From assembly GCF_009914755.1 (NCBI RefSeq), contig NC_060926.1: a stretch of DNA of 64,000 nucleotides. One strand, written 5' to 3'. The DNA is from the human T2T-CHM13v2.0 reference genome, Homo sapiens. Below the pieces are notes generated by a model. It had not been told where the DNA came from. It saw nothing but the letters and a program-made list of their open reading frames with translations, and searched no databases. Below, piece after piece: positions 1 through 21,078 of the stretch. The position numbers were made by a program, and so were the translations under genes. Every line of letters begins with the position of its first letter. Positions within the stretch are counted from its first letter, which is position 1.

Positions 1-783
1 GCCTGGTACCTGGTGTTCTCCTAAGCAAGCACTGGCACTTCTCCCAGTGGGGCTTTCTATTATCCTCCTGCTCTCCTGGATGTGCTGATCCACTTTACAC
101 TACAGTCTTCCTGTTGAAGCCTCCTCCTTCTTCAGAAGCTTTTCCTTGCCCAAGATTTAATATAGCACCAGACATTTCTCTCTGAAATGTCTGAAGAGGC
201 CCACCATGGGAAAGACTACTGCATCCTTGCCTGGCCTTTGGTGGGAATGCAGTTATGTCCCACACTTAGTCCTCTGCCTACTCTCCTTATCGCCCTCAGA
301 TGTGAGTGAGGAACAAGTCTATTATGTCTCTCAACGTAAAGAACACCTCAAACTCTCTAAGGCATTTTGTTGAAGTCCATTTTGCCTAAGTTTGAGAAAA
401 AGGAAGCAGCATCCTCCGCTTCTGGCTCTTTGGTGTAAATAGGGGCTTATGCAAGGCAATAGCTCATCTCAGGAAATCCGCTCATGAATGCTCCATTATT
501 TTTGTCAAATTATCATTCCCACTCATATGAGGCTTAGGGTTTGTTTTGTTTTGCTTGTTTTTAAGAATCATTGAACTTTTTCTCTAGCAGGTTTTTTTTT
601 TTAAGTTTTGTCTTTTTCAGAACTTCCTTTGGTATCTGATATCTATTGAATTTGGATGTTTCTATACAAATGCTAAAATTAACATCTTTTTTTTTTTACT
701 AGGTAGGTACTAGCATCTCTGTGGAGAAATCACTTTTGTGAAATGTAACTAATATTTATCATCCTCATAAAAGTGACGAAGTA

Positions 784-1125
<342 letters not shown>

Positions 1126-1875
1126 TCAAGTGGAGCCCAAGGGTCCAGAGATGGAATTGCAACATTGTTTACCGGAAGTAGATAGAAATCTGAAGAGTTA
1201 GATGAGGTGTTCAGATTAGGATGTGCTAAGCATCAATCAAGTGTAATTGTGTTAAACATAAGAAGTGGGGAAAAAAGATTTGGAAGAAAAAGAGTAAATC
1301 CCAGAAATCATTAAAAGCAGATTTTAGTCAAGTGGAACTTAAGAATATTTCGACTAAAAAAGCCAGGCTGCCTATTATCTTTTACTGTTGATCGCTGAAA
1401 GCATGACATAGACAACAGACAAAATTAAAAACATAAATTTAATGCAGGCAGGCTGTTCATTATACTTTTGTTTTTGCTAATGTGATGATTTCCTTGAATT
1501 GTATTAGCAAAATAAAGGAGTGATTAATACATTGATACCAAGGATCATATGAAGGCTCACAAATGAAGAACATCAACCATGTTAAAGTAGGTTTAATGAT
1601 CAGTTATCAAATAGTTTTAATGTAAAGTAGCAAAAGAGTAGATAATTCAAAGTCAAATTGTGCTCAAGTTCCTACCAGAAATGGGAGAGATAATTTCTGC
1701 CAACGTGGACAAGTTACATAATCATTCTATGACTATTTTCAAATACCTATCAGACATATTCTAACTCTGGTACCAAAATTCTGTTTTTCTAGTGAAGCTC
1801 ATAGGTGTCCAGGACACTGGAAATGGGAAAGCTATTCTTTATTTCAAATCACTTTGAATTTTTCCTTTTATTTAT

Positions 1876-2248
1876 TGATATGGTTTGGCTGTGTACCCAC
1901 CCAAATCTCATCTTGAATTGTAGTTCCCATAATCCCAACATGTCGTGGGAGAGACCCAGTGGGAGGTAATTAAATCATGAGGGTGGTTTCCTCCATGCTA
2001 TTCTCATGATAATAAGTTCTCACGAGATTTGATGACTTTATTAGGGGCTCCCCCTTTACTCTGCTCTCATTGTTTTCTATCTTTCCACCATGTGAAGAAG
2101 GACGTGTTTGCTTCCTCTTCTGCCATGATGGTAAGTTTCCTGAGGCCTCCCAGCCCTGCAGAACTGTGAGTCAATTAAACCTCTTTCCTTTATAAATTAC
2201 CCAGTCTCAGATATGTCTTTATTAGCAGCATGAAAATGAACTAATACA
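1876..2248 (+). mobile_element. THE1-family MaLR solo LTR
   Basis: Starts tgatatggtttggctgtgt and ends ctaataca; contains the typical aattaaacctctttcctttataaattacccagtc. Confidence 0.93.
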
Positions 2249-5200
2249 TTCTCATTTACATATTACTCCTTGCCATTCATCTAATATTTAGAATCTATCA
2301 TTTTGGAAGGGAGACTGGACCTCATAACTCACTCACTTACCAGTCAATGAGAAACCTGCCTTTCTGTCTACTTCAGTATTCTTCATATAAAGTCTGTATT
2401 TTTATTTTTCTGTTCCCTTTTTCACACTCTGTCTTCCTTTTCATGCCTTCTTACAATAATAACAAGCACCCAGCCCTACAAATCCTCAAAAACAGACCAA
2501 TAATTTTAATTTGGCAAGGTTTCTTAGCCTGTAATTATTGTGGATAACTCAGACATAATATATTATTCTAATTTTAAAATTATTTTAACTCCCATTCTAA
2601 TTAGTCTGCTTTAGAGAAGAATCACTGCATTTCATAGGTGGTTGCATATTACAGCCGGGGGATTACTGAATAAATCTTAATAAAAATGTTGAAATGCTGT
2701 GGTAATATAAAAGCTTTCATTGCACCTATGAATGATATAATTACAGTTCTTTTAGATTTAATCCAATATAATCATAATAATTAGAAGTTATTGACATTTG
2801 TGGCTTGCAATTTGAGATAGGTATTAATGCTATGACTAATTTCACTACACATTTGAGCACACTTGTTTCAATGTAACATCTTTAGAAAGCAAAGACAAAA
2901 TATAAATGTTATTTACCTGCAAAGTTTCCAATTGATCTTCATTTTTAAATGATTTTCTCTACTAAAACAATTAAGAGTTTGTTGGCTACTTAGAGATAAA
3001 TGTGGTAATAATTTCATTCTTTACATACTGAAAAAATATATTAAAAATTTATGCATCTCTCTGGGCATATATAATATAAAATAGCAGAGGAAATCCATAC
3101 ACATAAAAAAAACATTCAAAGCAAATGAGGAAGAAAAGAAGAAAGAGTGCTCTATTCTAGCTAATTTCATGCAAGTTATTGTGGTTCATTGTGCAAAGCA
3201 ACCTATATTGTCTTTTTTTAAATTATAGATACTGTGGCCGATTTAAGAGACTCAACCAATATTACAAATCTTATCAGCTGTAGAGAGATTATTTCATCCC
3301 TCCAACAGAGTTTAGTAACTATTATCTTTTTCCTAGTTTGTGCCTTGCTGAGCGTAAGAACCAAAATACCAATATAAAATGTGGACTAGATCACTTAAAA
3401 ATGTTGAAACCAATTTCTTGCCCTTGCTTGCAGGTCAAGATTGGCTAAACCTGTTAATTAAACTCAATCATAATATAATTATATAAAAGTTTTCATACAG
3501 ACGTATGAGTTTGTCTTGGAATTAAAGACTGTTTGGTGCTAGTATCTTAAGTCTCTTTTTTTTTTTTTTTTAACTTTTCCACATCCAGTTTTTGTCTAAC
3601 CCAATACTACCTTTGTATTATACTTGTAGTAATAAAGATGCTGGACTTGGGATAGTCATATTTCTTTCCTGGTTCTCCTGTAGATGAAATAACTTCTCCC
3701 CGAATAGTAACATAGGTGAAGGATTAGTGTCATGATATAGAAAAATACTCATCTCCCCAATTAATATTATAAAAAATATCCTGATTATATACATGCCCAC
3801 TGTTTCCACAGAGAAGAAAAACTCAAAGTAGTACAGAAAACCCTTCATCATTTACACTGTTTTATTCGAATCAATTGTTTATACATAAATAATGTAAGAC
3901 CTGTATATTGTATTTATGCAGTACAGGATATTTAAAGAAAAATAAGATATTATCTTTGTCCTCAAGTAGACAGACACTATGTTCAATAGTAATTCAAAAA
4001 AGAGGAGCCCAATTAAGAAAAAAAAAACAAAAATGCAAAAATCCTGGATTGTCATTGTCCATGTCATTGAGATATACAGTGAATTTCACAGCTATATTGA
4101 CTTCAGGTTACAGGACTGTAAGTTCCAACACAAGAGGAATATATATAAATATATAACTTAACTGGGTAGCAAGAAAAGCACAATACATAAAGAGAACATA
4201 TTACTTAGGTGATATGAACAATAAGTGGTGGAAATAGAAATCTAGGATGTTATACTGTAGTGGTATACTTGCGAATAGAGAAATAATCAGCATGGTAAAA
4301 AGGATCTTTCGCCTTTTGTTTGTGATCAACTGCAAGCTAAGAAGTTAACAGAGATAAATAGAGAATGTGAACTAAATGGCAGGTAATCTTCACAGGAGAA
4401 TGGAATAATAGCCACTTTTATTCAACCATTTGATGAAAGAAGGAGAAGTATACCTCCATGACTCGTTTCAAAGCAAGGCAAAATGTGTACCATACATCAA
4501 AAAAAGCAGAAAATTGCCAAGAAAAAGTAAAAGAGAGCAATATTAGAGCACTGATCTGAATGAACTCCAGCTGTATAAATTTACTCAGCTGTCTGAAACA
4601 ACGACTTAACCCAGGAAAACATAAAAGTGCAATGGGATTTCAACCCACAACTCAAGATTAATAAAGCACAGCACATCTCAAAGGAAAGGCAATCCAATCA
4701 CTAGCTTTTTTAAAGTTTATATCATCTCTTCCAAAAAGATGAATCAAAGACAATGTATACACAAAACAGGAGACTCAGTACTTTATTATAATCAGAAATG
4801 TCTATAATAAATTGTAAGTTCCCATGCTTGGAACTGCATTGGGTAGGTATTATGGAAGAAGGAAAAAGAGGTTTGTCAATTCATCCTGACAACATATGAA
4901 TGAAATGGGAATATAATATATCCTCCTTAATGACTGAGCAGAAGAAACCCTGACTATATAAGCACACAGCTCACACAGACACACGCAGCAGAATAAGTAG
5001 CACACATATTGGTTCTATTCATCTGAGTTTTAATATCAAACACTGTCTCTCAGAAAAAAAAATATGTTTCAAGAAGGATTATTTAGATTAATATTTCATT
5101 TAAATTCAAACTATAACAATATTCCTTATTGCCACCTGTTCTAAAACACAAAAAGATTTCTCTGAAATATCACATAGCAATAGCATAGATTCTTTTAAAA

Positions 5201-7376
5201 AGATGGCCTACAAAAAATAAGAATCAGAAATAGTAGTTATTTAGACAGACCTTAACTAAGATACACATGAGCTTTCCCTCAAATGGTTAGACAAAAATGG
5301 CCATGGGCACTAATATTTCTGTTTAATTTGCCTCTAGCAACTCTTTCAAAATCTGTGGATGCCCTGACTGTCCCCCACACCAGGGGTTCTACCTTAAAAC
5401 AACAAATCTAAGCAGAGAAAAATTATTCTTTATCTCAAGTATACTGAAAGGATCACGTACACATCACCTAGCCCAGTATGTGAACTAATAGTCAAACACT
5501 CAATCACATGCGAGTCTCAACCATGAAACCTTGGATGGAACAGAAACCAGTGTGTATAGACTAATAGAAAATAACCTTGAAGGGTTTTTTTTGCCACGGT
5601 GGTAAATGCAAGTTGTCCCTTGTAAAACACTAATAAAATAGCATTTTTCTTACAGTTATGTTAAAAAAAATAACGTTTGTTGATTTATCTGAAAGACACA
5701 TATATGATTCTTTTGTAAAATAATTTATTATTAGATTAATTGTATAATTTCACCTTGTGCTCTTCACTGGATTAGATTTAACTCGTAACAGTCTTTCTCT
5801 CCCTATAAATTTTTCATATTAACATACACAAAATTATCACACTGATCTATTCTACAAAAAAATAAAATGTAAAAGTGGTATCAACACAACTCCAATTACT
5901 TCGGTATGAGCCATTTCATACTGAAATGGTGAGTATAATCACAGCTTGAAATGTAGTCCCCAGTTGAGAAAATTTATCAAAGCAAGCTAGTCACTGTCTT
6001 CTACCTTCTGTTTTCATTTATTAACAGAATTGTGTACTTTTTATTTTCTAAATGTAGAACATGAACTTCATATTGAGCTGTACATTTAAATGGCTTTCTC
6101 TGATTAAATGTTATGAATATCCCATGAAATAATCATTTTTGGTGTCATGGAACTTTTTTAATGTCAATTCAATATTAGAAAATGATTATTTCTTTTCTTT
6201 TATAAAGAACTGAATTTTAAAGGTCATTCTTTCTCTTACATATTTATGAGGAACAATAAAAATTGTTAATTTTATTCCTTTATTATCTGAGTTCAACTAG
6301 GCACACTCTAATACTAGATGGCAAAATTCTAGAAAGTGTATTTTAAAAGAGAAGTAAACAGAAAAAGAAAATTACATAAAATGGTTGATTTACATCTCTT
6401 TGAAAGTGTTGCCTGAAAGTCAAAAGTGATCATCTTCCTACCAAGACATGAAATACGGGCAGAACAACATGTTAATTAAACTTGTAAGCAGGAAACCGTT
6501 TGTAGTTAGAGACAGTGTTTTCCACAAAACTGAAATTCCATTAGTAGCGATTTGCTGGGGGTTGGGAGGTATGGGTGCTGGTCCAAGGAGTCATTTTCAG
6601 GAAGGGGCCAAATGCTGCTAAATATTGCTCAGGTTCCAATGCTACAAAAAATTCCCTAGGGGACACTTAGAATATATTGTTACTCCAAGTGTTTCTTTCT
6701 AAAGATATGTTTAAAAATACAAGTTGTGCATCTTAGAACAAAGTAATAGGGGGAAAAAACCTTAAATCTGAAGGTTTCTATGTTCTATATCTTTCTGAAT
6801 AAGAGTAGTTCATTAATTAGTGAATCAACCTAATATGTAAAACATGAAGGACAATTAGTGAATATTAATTCCTATACAAAATAAATTAAGTAAATATAGT
6901 GACCAGTTTCACTGTGTTTATGTAGAGGTACACATTTCTTTTAGTCCTTCAATTAATTTTTTGTTGTTGTTAAAACCCAATGCAGGTCATATAACCTTGA
7001 GTCAAGTGAGGAAAAAGGATTTTCATATTTTTTTCTAACCTTGGATAAAACAAAGTGTTGTTTATCACCCACGTATTTTAGCAAATGGTGCTGAGATGCT
7101 GTGTGTATCTGATGACCATTTATTTTGGCAGTGGAGCTATGGTGAACAGCTGAACATTAAGTACCGCAGACACACCCCCCATCTGTCTAGAATGCAGATA
7201 CAGCTGCAGTACTGGCACTGGGGTGCTGTTAAATGTTGTTTTGCTCAAAACCTTGAGTACTTTAAACATGACAATTAATATTCCATGAATCAAAATTGAA
7301 AATTCATATTCTTCTTGATTCCCTATGACCCAGATTATTTCTCATTGCTCACATGTTGAACTATTTATATGAATTT

Positions 7377-7419
7377 ACCCAGTTACCAACAAAATATGAC
7401 CCAGTTACCAACAAAATAT
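7377..7419. repeat. Tandem duplication of acccagttaccaacaaaatat (21 bp x2, period 22)
   Basis: Identical copies at 7377-7397 and 7399-7419. Confidence 0.95.
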
Positions 7420-8686
7420 TAGGTTCTTAGAGAACATTCATATTTTTCATACTAAAAAATCCCAACATTTTGGTTTACTCTCGTTCAGGCTTATTCCAGT
7501 ATATAATGGGCAGCTTTGGATATAGAATCATAAAAAAATGTTGAAATATCAGTTGAGTGACTATTTAGTAAACATGTTGGTTTGGAGTATTTGACTTTAA
7601 AGTTAATATTTAAACCTGCTTCAGAATTCTTCTCAGTAAATGAACGATTTAATTTAAATCATCCTTCCTATTCATCCTTTCACAATGTGTACTTTTTAAT
7701 AGAGTCTCCGTTTCTTAAGAAGTGAAATTAAAATCTCAGTATTGCATTTTTTATTTGGAAATAACTATTGCTTCCTAAAACTATTTCCACAATGGCTTCA
7801 GAGCATAACATTCTTAAAAACTTTATTAATATTGTTGCTCTTGGTCAACTTGATAATTAGCTTGATTATTAGTAGCATACCTGATCTTCATAACACTAAC
7901 AAGATAGTTTCTACTGGAATTCTCTATTTTTAAGTTTTTATCTTTTTTGATACATGTATTACACTCTAGTAACTTAAAGCATTCTTTAAATACCTTTGCT
8001 TTTGACCACTGTATTTGCTTCACAAAAAGACAGAACAGTATGGTAAATTATTATTTTGCTTTGTCCAAAACAACATTTTATTTTTGCTGCTAAACAAAAA
8101 ATATTGTCCATTCATAGACAATTTAGTACCCAAATAATAAATCATACATTTGATAGATTCAAAATATCTGAGCTTCTAAGCTAAGTTCTGTTTGCAAAAA
8201 AATAGTTTATGAAGCTTACTCTATTCATTATTAAATTGTCTAAGTAATCCTAAGTGTTTTTGTTGAGATACATTTTAGGGGATCTCATCTACCCTCATCC
8301 TATGCCTCTCCAATCTCTAAAAATGAATTTTAAATAACAATGGAGATCTAATTTTCCCATCTTTCTGTATATTTTGGCCTAGCTTATATTTACCTTTATT
8401 TTATGTATTTATTTTTCATGCATTATACTAACCATCAAATTCTTAATTCTTTCAGGTCTGATCAACCTCTTAACTAGTAAGTGAAGTCGCAATATCATTG
8501 TGACTCAAAATAGCTGATAAACCCACTGTTGTGAATATGGGGTGAAGTCAAGACATTTAATAGATATAGAGGTGGCATATTTAAAACTGTCAGGGGAGAG
8601 CACTGTAATTTTATTTTACTTTATCCAATGATAATTTTTTTTGGTTTTCTATTTCTACTGGAAAGAAAAGAACAATCTAGTTCTTT

Positions 8687-10034
<1,348 letters not shown>

Positions 10035-10179
10035 CAACCTAGTTCTTTGATGAGTAACAATTCTACCATGAATTGACTAGGATGGTTTATGGCAAAGTCT
10101 TTCTTTAATAGAGATCAGTTAAATAATTAACAAAGAAAAACATACATGTAACTTCAAAAACTGATAAGATTTTTTAAAA

Positions 10180-10335
10180 ACTCATAGCAACCCTACCAAA
10201 TAGGTAGATATATTTTTTATACCAATTGCTTATATATAACACTCTCGGAGAAGGTGAATACAATTTCAAAGGAAAGAACAAGTCAGTGACCACTCAGAAC
10301 TAAAATGTCATGGCTTGATTTCCAAACTTAGAGTC
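10180..10335 (-). mobile_element. MIR fragment
   Basis: ctcatagcaaccct...ggtagata...ggagaaggtgaatacaatttcaaagg resembles the antisense MIR core. Confidence 0.55.
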
Positions 10336-12879
10336 TGGATCATTTTGTGGCTTAGATGAGACCAGTCTAGCATTTCAGTACACTTGCCTTCCACATAGAA
10401 AAGCTCTTAGCTGCAACCTATGAAATTTACTAAGTTATGCCAGTGTCACTGGATAAGGCAATTCTTTCTGTAGGAGTAAATAAACGGGTCAGATAGGTTG
10501 TTTACTGTAGAAGAAAATATGTCATCAGCTACACAAAAACCATGAGTCAGTAATTTATCTTTTCTAAGAGTATTTGTGAAGAACTAAATCTTAAAGAGTA
10601 TATGAATGAATAGAAAGTAAAAAGAATAATTAATTATTTCATGGTCTCTATTCTCTTTAATCAATAGATGGACAGAGTTCTATGTTTGGAATTTAAATAA
10701 GTCTTTTCAAAGAAACATCAAAAATGATATTTGAAAACAATTTTGAGGAAATTTTCAAAAATCAAAGTTGTGATAAATCATAGAAGAGAATGAAATATTA
10801 AAAGTCTAACAAAAATTAAAATTAGAATAATTTTTATTGATAATAAGATTGGCTTATAACCAAACTGTTTATTAACTAATAACTACAGTATATTGCTTGA
10901 AATATCCCTCCCTTTATTAAGATTTCCCATGTCAGGAATAATATTTTTCAGCTTATGATCTTTTAATGATATGTCTTAAAAATTGAAAGTACATCAATAT
11001 CTAAAGAGGATAGCTACAGTCACAAAGGTATGTGAATTAAAAATTAAATTTCTAATTAACATCAAAGGTGAATTTGGAAAGAAGATGCAGTAAAACTTTG
11101 GTTAGCAGAAACCCATAGCCAAGGTTTCAATTAATCAAGATTTTTCTTAACATTAAGAAGAAAACCATATTATATGAAAATGATATATTAAAAGTTTAGT
11201 AAAAAGTAATTTTAGACTGAAATTTGAAGTAACTATATTGCTGTTCAGTCCTCTACATCATATATTGTTTAAAAAGAAGTGATGTAGAGATCATAATTCT
11301 ATATAGCATTGTAAGCTCTTCAGTCCTCACCAAGGATTTAAACTATATTCAACTTGTTAGAATGTCTAAAATCCAGTCAACGAATAATGCTTAATTCACT
11401 TTCAGACAGTGATGCCTAATTCACCTTTGTTAATGCTGATTAACTGAACTAAGAGAAGAGCTCTATCTGGGCATAAGTGTTCTCAGGGTAACAGGCACAA
11501 TAATGCCTGTAATTATGAGAATGCTAAATTAATGCAAAATTATCAAGACACACTTTCATCAATTACACATTTAAATGTTAAAATAACATTTTAAGTTTTG
11601 ACGATCTTTTCATGCAGAGACAGGTCATTCTTTCATCTTTGTTAAAGCTATTTATGTAGAAGTCTTGATTTCCACTTAGAGAATATAGAGGCCATGAAAT
11701 AGCTGATTTATTTATTTGTTCAAAAAGTCAGAAAAGCATGTGATCATGTGCATGCCCTGATTTTATAGAAACCAAAGATACATAGGTATTTCAAGGATCA
11801 GACATATTCCAAGAAATAAAGAGAGCTAGAGCCTTCTGAAAGCTCAACTAAGTCCTATTAAATAACCAGGGATTCTGACAGCATAAGTCTTTGTGATGTG
11901 CACAGTCAGTAAATCATAAGTTTAGGGGGCTCTCCTTCACCATTTCTCTGAACTTTTCACTCTCTACCACTGTTTTCTTGGGAGCTTCACATAATTCTGC
12001 CAAAAAATATAGATTCCCACTCCACAACACACATGAAGCATGGGGCTTCAAAGCACTTTTCTTCCTTTTCTTTTCAGAAATATGTTCCTCATGAAATATT
12101 CATTTCCACTGTCATCCACTCTACCTCCTGCAACGGATTAGGGGATTAAAAGGTCATTTTTTTTGTTTTGTTTTTAACACTTTTATCGCAAATTCTGCAT
12201 ATGGAGATTTGACTCATACACACTTTCATCTAAGATATCTGTGATAGCAGCTCCTCAGTCAAAAAAGGGAGGTAAAACTAGTTTCATACAAATATCCTGT
12301 TACACTAATTCATTGCATTGTCAGTAGCATGTATTTATTTGTTGAACGTCAAATTATTAAGCACTATGTAAATATTGGTATCTGTGAATTGAATTAGAAA
12401 CAAAATTAAGTTTTCTAACTTTATGTAACTTACAGTCTAATTCAGATATATTACTCATGAGGCCATACTCTATTTACAAAGGCTTAGAGGGCAAAGCTAA
12501 TTGAAGTAGGTCTCAGCTCAGTACAGTTTCCTAAGTAGTCACTCCCAGTGCATCAAAATGTCACCAGATATGATTTCTTTTTCAAGTCATTTGTTAATAG
12601 CTATGAACTATGTGAAAGCAGGGAGCAAATATTGTTTAACATTATATACCACAGAACCCAGCACCATTTGATAAATAAATATTTCTTTAACTTGTGTAGT
12701 ACCTCTTGAATTTAAAAATAGTTAATAATGTCTTTTACTTTCAAATAATATCAAGCATGAAATAGATGCTTAAAAAAAACTGGAGAAAAGGATGAGCTCT
12801 CTCATCTTCCTAAACAAATCTGAAAAATTTGAACAGGGGATTACTACTATAAATGTGTAGGAATTATAAATGTATTTAC

Positions 12880-13245
12880 TAATTCACTTTATTGAGTGCC
12901 ACCTCTGAGTCTAGCACTGTTTTAGGCTTTTGGGAATCATTAATAAACAAAAGACAAGACCCTGCCCTCATGGGGTCTACATCATGTTGGAGGAGATAGC
13001 GCACAATAAACATAACAAATAAGAAACATAGTAAAACGTAGTAAAAACTGAAAAAGGAGCATTTGGAAGATAGAGTAAAAAATATTGGGGAAATTTGCAA
13101 GATTACATAGGTTGGGTATTATCAAAGGTAAAACTTGAGCAAAGACTTGAAGGAAGTGAAGAAGGTATCCAAGTAGTTTTCTGGAGGAATAATATTTTAA
13201 GCAATAAATCAATGAACATTTATTGAGTGCTAACTAGGAGCAGGG
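12880..13245 (-). mobile_element. L2 3' fragments
   Basis: tttattgagtgcc...gcactgttttagg...cctgccctcatggggtctaca matches the antisense L2 3' end. Confidence 0.75.
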
Positions 13246-13894
13246 AAGATAGAGAATGAAGAGAGGCAAGTTGTACCCTAAATTATGCCTGTGTCTTTGC
13301 AAATTGTTGATATAGTTACAGAATAAGGAATCAAGGATAGGGAAGAAAACGTAGGTAAGGTAGATGGCAGAATAAAACATGTATTTTAACAATAAGTAAT
13401 CAGAAACAAAATACACTATGGCCACAGTTGTGAGTGTTCAGATAAGATAGGGGATACCTTAATGGGCTTTGAAATCATCAGGGAAGGGGTTGCAGGACAT
13501 AAAAGAAAATTGTGAAGTCCTTGAATATTTCTCCCTTGCCTATGCCATAGGAATTATTTTTAATCAAATTTGTATTTTTTCAACACTTTTCCTGTGGAAC
13601 AGTATGTATTTACCCATATTCTGCCTTGCCTCCTTTACTATAGATTAACCATCTCTTTTTCAAATTAGTCTAACCTCCTACTTCTGCAGTAGATTGCATT
13701 TCCTCCTCTCTCTTGCATCAGTTTTTCTCCTATTTGTTCTTTAAAACCAACATGAAAACGGACTATTTTGGGTTTTTTTTCCTTCTTAAACAAAACACCT
13801 CCTTGAACTCTTCTCATTCTACTTGGAAAATGGTCAGTCTTTGGCCCTCCTCTCCCACTGAAACTACTCTTGTAAAAGTCATTACCTATGGTGC

Positions 13895-14258
13895 TGTATT
13901 AGTCCGTTTTCATATGGCTATAAAGAACTGCCGGAGACTGGTAATTTATAAGAAAGAGGTTTAATTGTCTCATGGTTCAGCATGGCTGTGGAAGCCTCGG
14001 GGAACTTACCACCACGGCAGAAGGCTGAGGCGAAGGAAGGCACTTTTTTTCACAAGGTGACAGGAAGAAGTGCTGAGCAAAGTGGGCAGAGCCCCTTATA
14101 AAACCATCAGATCTTGCGAGAACTCACTCACTAACAAGAGAACAGTAAGGGGGAAAACATCCCCATGATTCAATTACCTCCATCTGGTCTCTCCTTTGAC
14201 ACGTGGGGATTATAATTAGAGATGAGGTTTTGGGAGGGAGCACAGCTAAACCATAACA
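13895..14258 (-). mobile_element. THE1D-like MaLR solo LTR
   Basis: tgtattagtccgttttca...aaaccataaca; 5-bp TSD ggtgc/ggtga. Confidence 0.92.
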
Positions 14259-14485
14259 GGTGATCCGTTAAGCCTTCCTGGTTCTCCATCACACTTGATT
14301 AAGCAGCAACATTGGCCTCAGGTGTGATCTGTCTCCATTTGTGGAATCACCATCATCTTTTATCTTCTAAGGAACTGTACATTTCAGGTTTTCTTCCACT
14401 TCCTCTGATGTCTTCTTTTCTGGTTTGTCCTCCAGTCCCCAAGCTCTAAAGACTGGACAGCCTTCAATGGTCAGTTCTTGGACCT

Positions 14486-14860
14486 TATCACAGGCTCAGT
14501 TATTTGGAAAAAGACATTGATATGCAATTTGGCATGCAGAATATTTATTAGAAATCAAAACCAGTGAAGAAAGGGGGAGGTTAGCAATATTGGGCAGAAA
14601 TGGAACTGCACCAGTAGGAGAAACTGAACTGCAGTGCAGATTCATGGCAGTTTCAGAAGACTCCATTAGAAGGAGAATCAGAGTTGCCCTAAAGTGGGCT
14701 AAAATGGCTCAGTCCTTATTCTCATGTCCATCAGTCATTGCATATGGATGGACCACCAAGGGTAACTGAGATAAACCCTTAAGGATAATCAGATGGAGGC
14801 TGTGTATTGACAGAACTCCCAGAAGGGGGATCTAGGCAGCTCATCCCCATGTCCACCACA
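14486..14860 (-). mobile_element. LTR16-like ERVL solo LTR
   Basis: aagacattgatatgcaatttggcatgcagaatatttatt and terminal gggggatctaggcagc...tgtccaccaca resemble antisense LTR16. Confidence 0.6.
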
Positions 14861-15140
14861 GACATCTTCTCTACCTACATAAAATTTCTTTTTATTTTGT
14901 GCAGCCATATGGCTTTATTTCAAAACTACATAAAGTATTTTATGTTCATGGCCAATCCCAAACTGATTCGACACATTAAATGAAATATATCCCAAACTAA
15001 ACTCGTAATTCACCCATCTAATATGTTCCTACCACAATTGTCTCCATATAAATTAACAGCAACTGTATTAATTCAGTAGTAATGTTAGCAAACATGGAAC
15101 TTTTATTCTCTTTTTTGTTTTTTTCATGGAGCTATTCTTT

Positions 15141-20649
<5,509 letters not shown>

Positions 20650-20779
20650 TCATGGAGCTGTTTTTAAGTATTTTTTTTCTCTTGCACTTCATATTCAATA
20701 TGAATGCAAATTTTATTGGATCTATTTTCCAGAAAATGGACTTTTACTACTTTACCATCTTATTTTGCAGATTGATTGA

Positions 20780-21078
20780 TCTGGGGCTATGGAAGGCAGA
20801 ATTTTCATACCAGGAAGGTAGGGTGGCCTCTAGTTCCCATAGGTGATTGGCTTATCGAATAATTCTGTGGGCTGCCAAGAACGTGAAACCCATTAAGGAT
20901 CAGGGAGAGTGTAGCTGATCTGGTTATCAGGAGAACTAGCTGGGTGAGGAATCTTTCTCACTAGGTTGGGGGAATATCTGGTAAAAACAGCAAAACTCAA
21001 GCTTCAGGACTTTGGGGCCCTGTGAGACTCATATATATCCGAGCAGGCAGCACATGGAATCACGGACCTTACAATACA
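20780..21078 (-). mobile_element. ERVL LTR fragment (MER54/MER73 group)
   Basis: The reverse complement starts tgtattgt and contains ctcacagggccccaaag and aatgggtttcac...gcagcccacagaattattc...agccaatcac. Confidence 0.55.

Noticed and set aside
6512-6667. Possible small hAT-type element (cagtgttttcc...ggggacact)
   Set aside because: Terminal inverted repeat too weak and no clear TSD; cannot be supported without a Dfam search.
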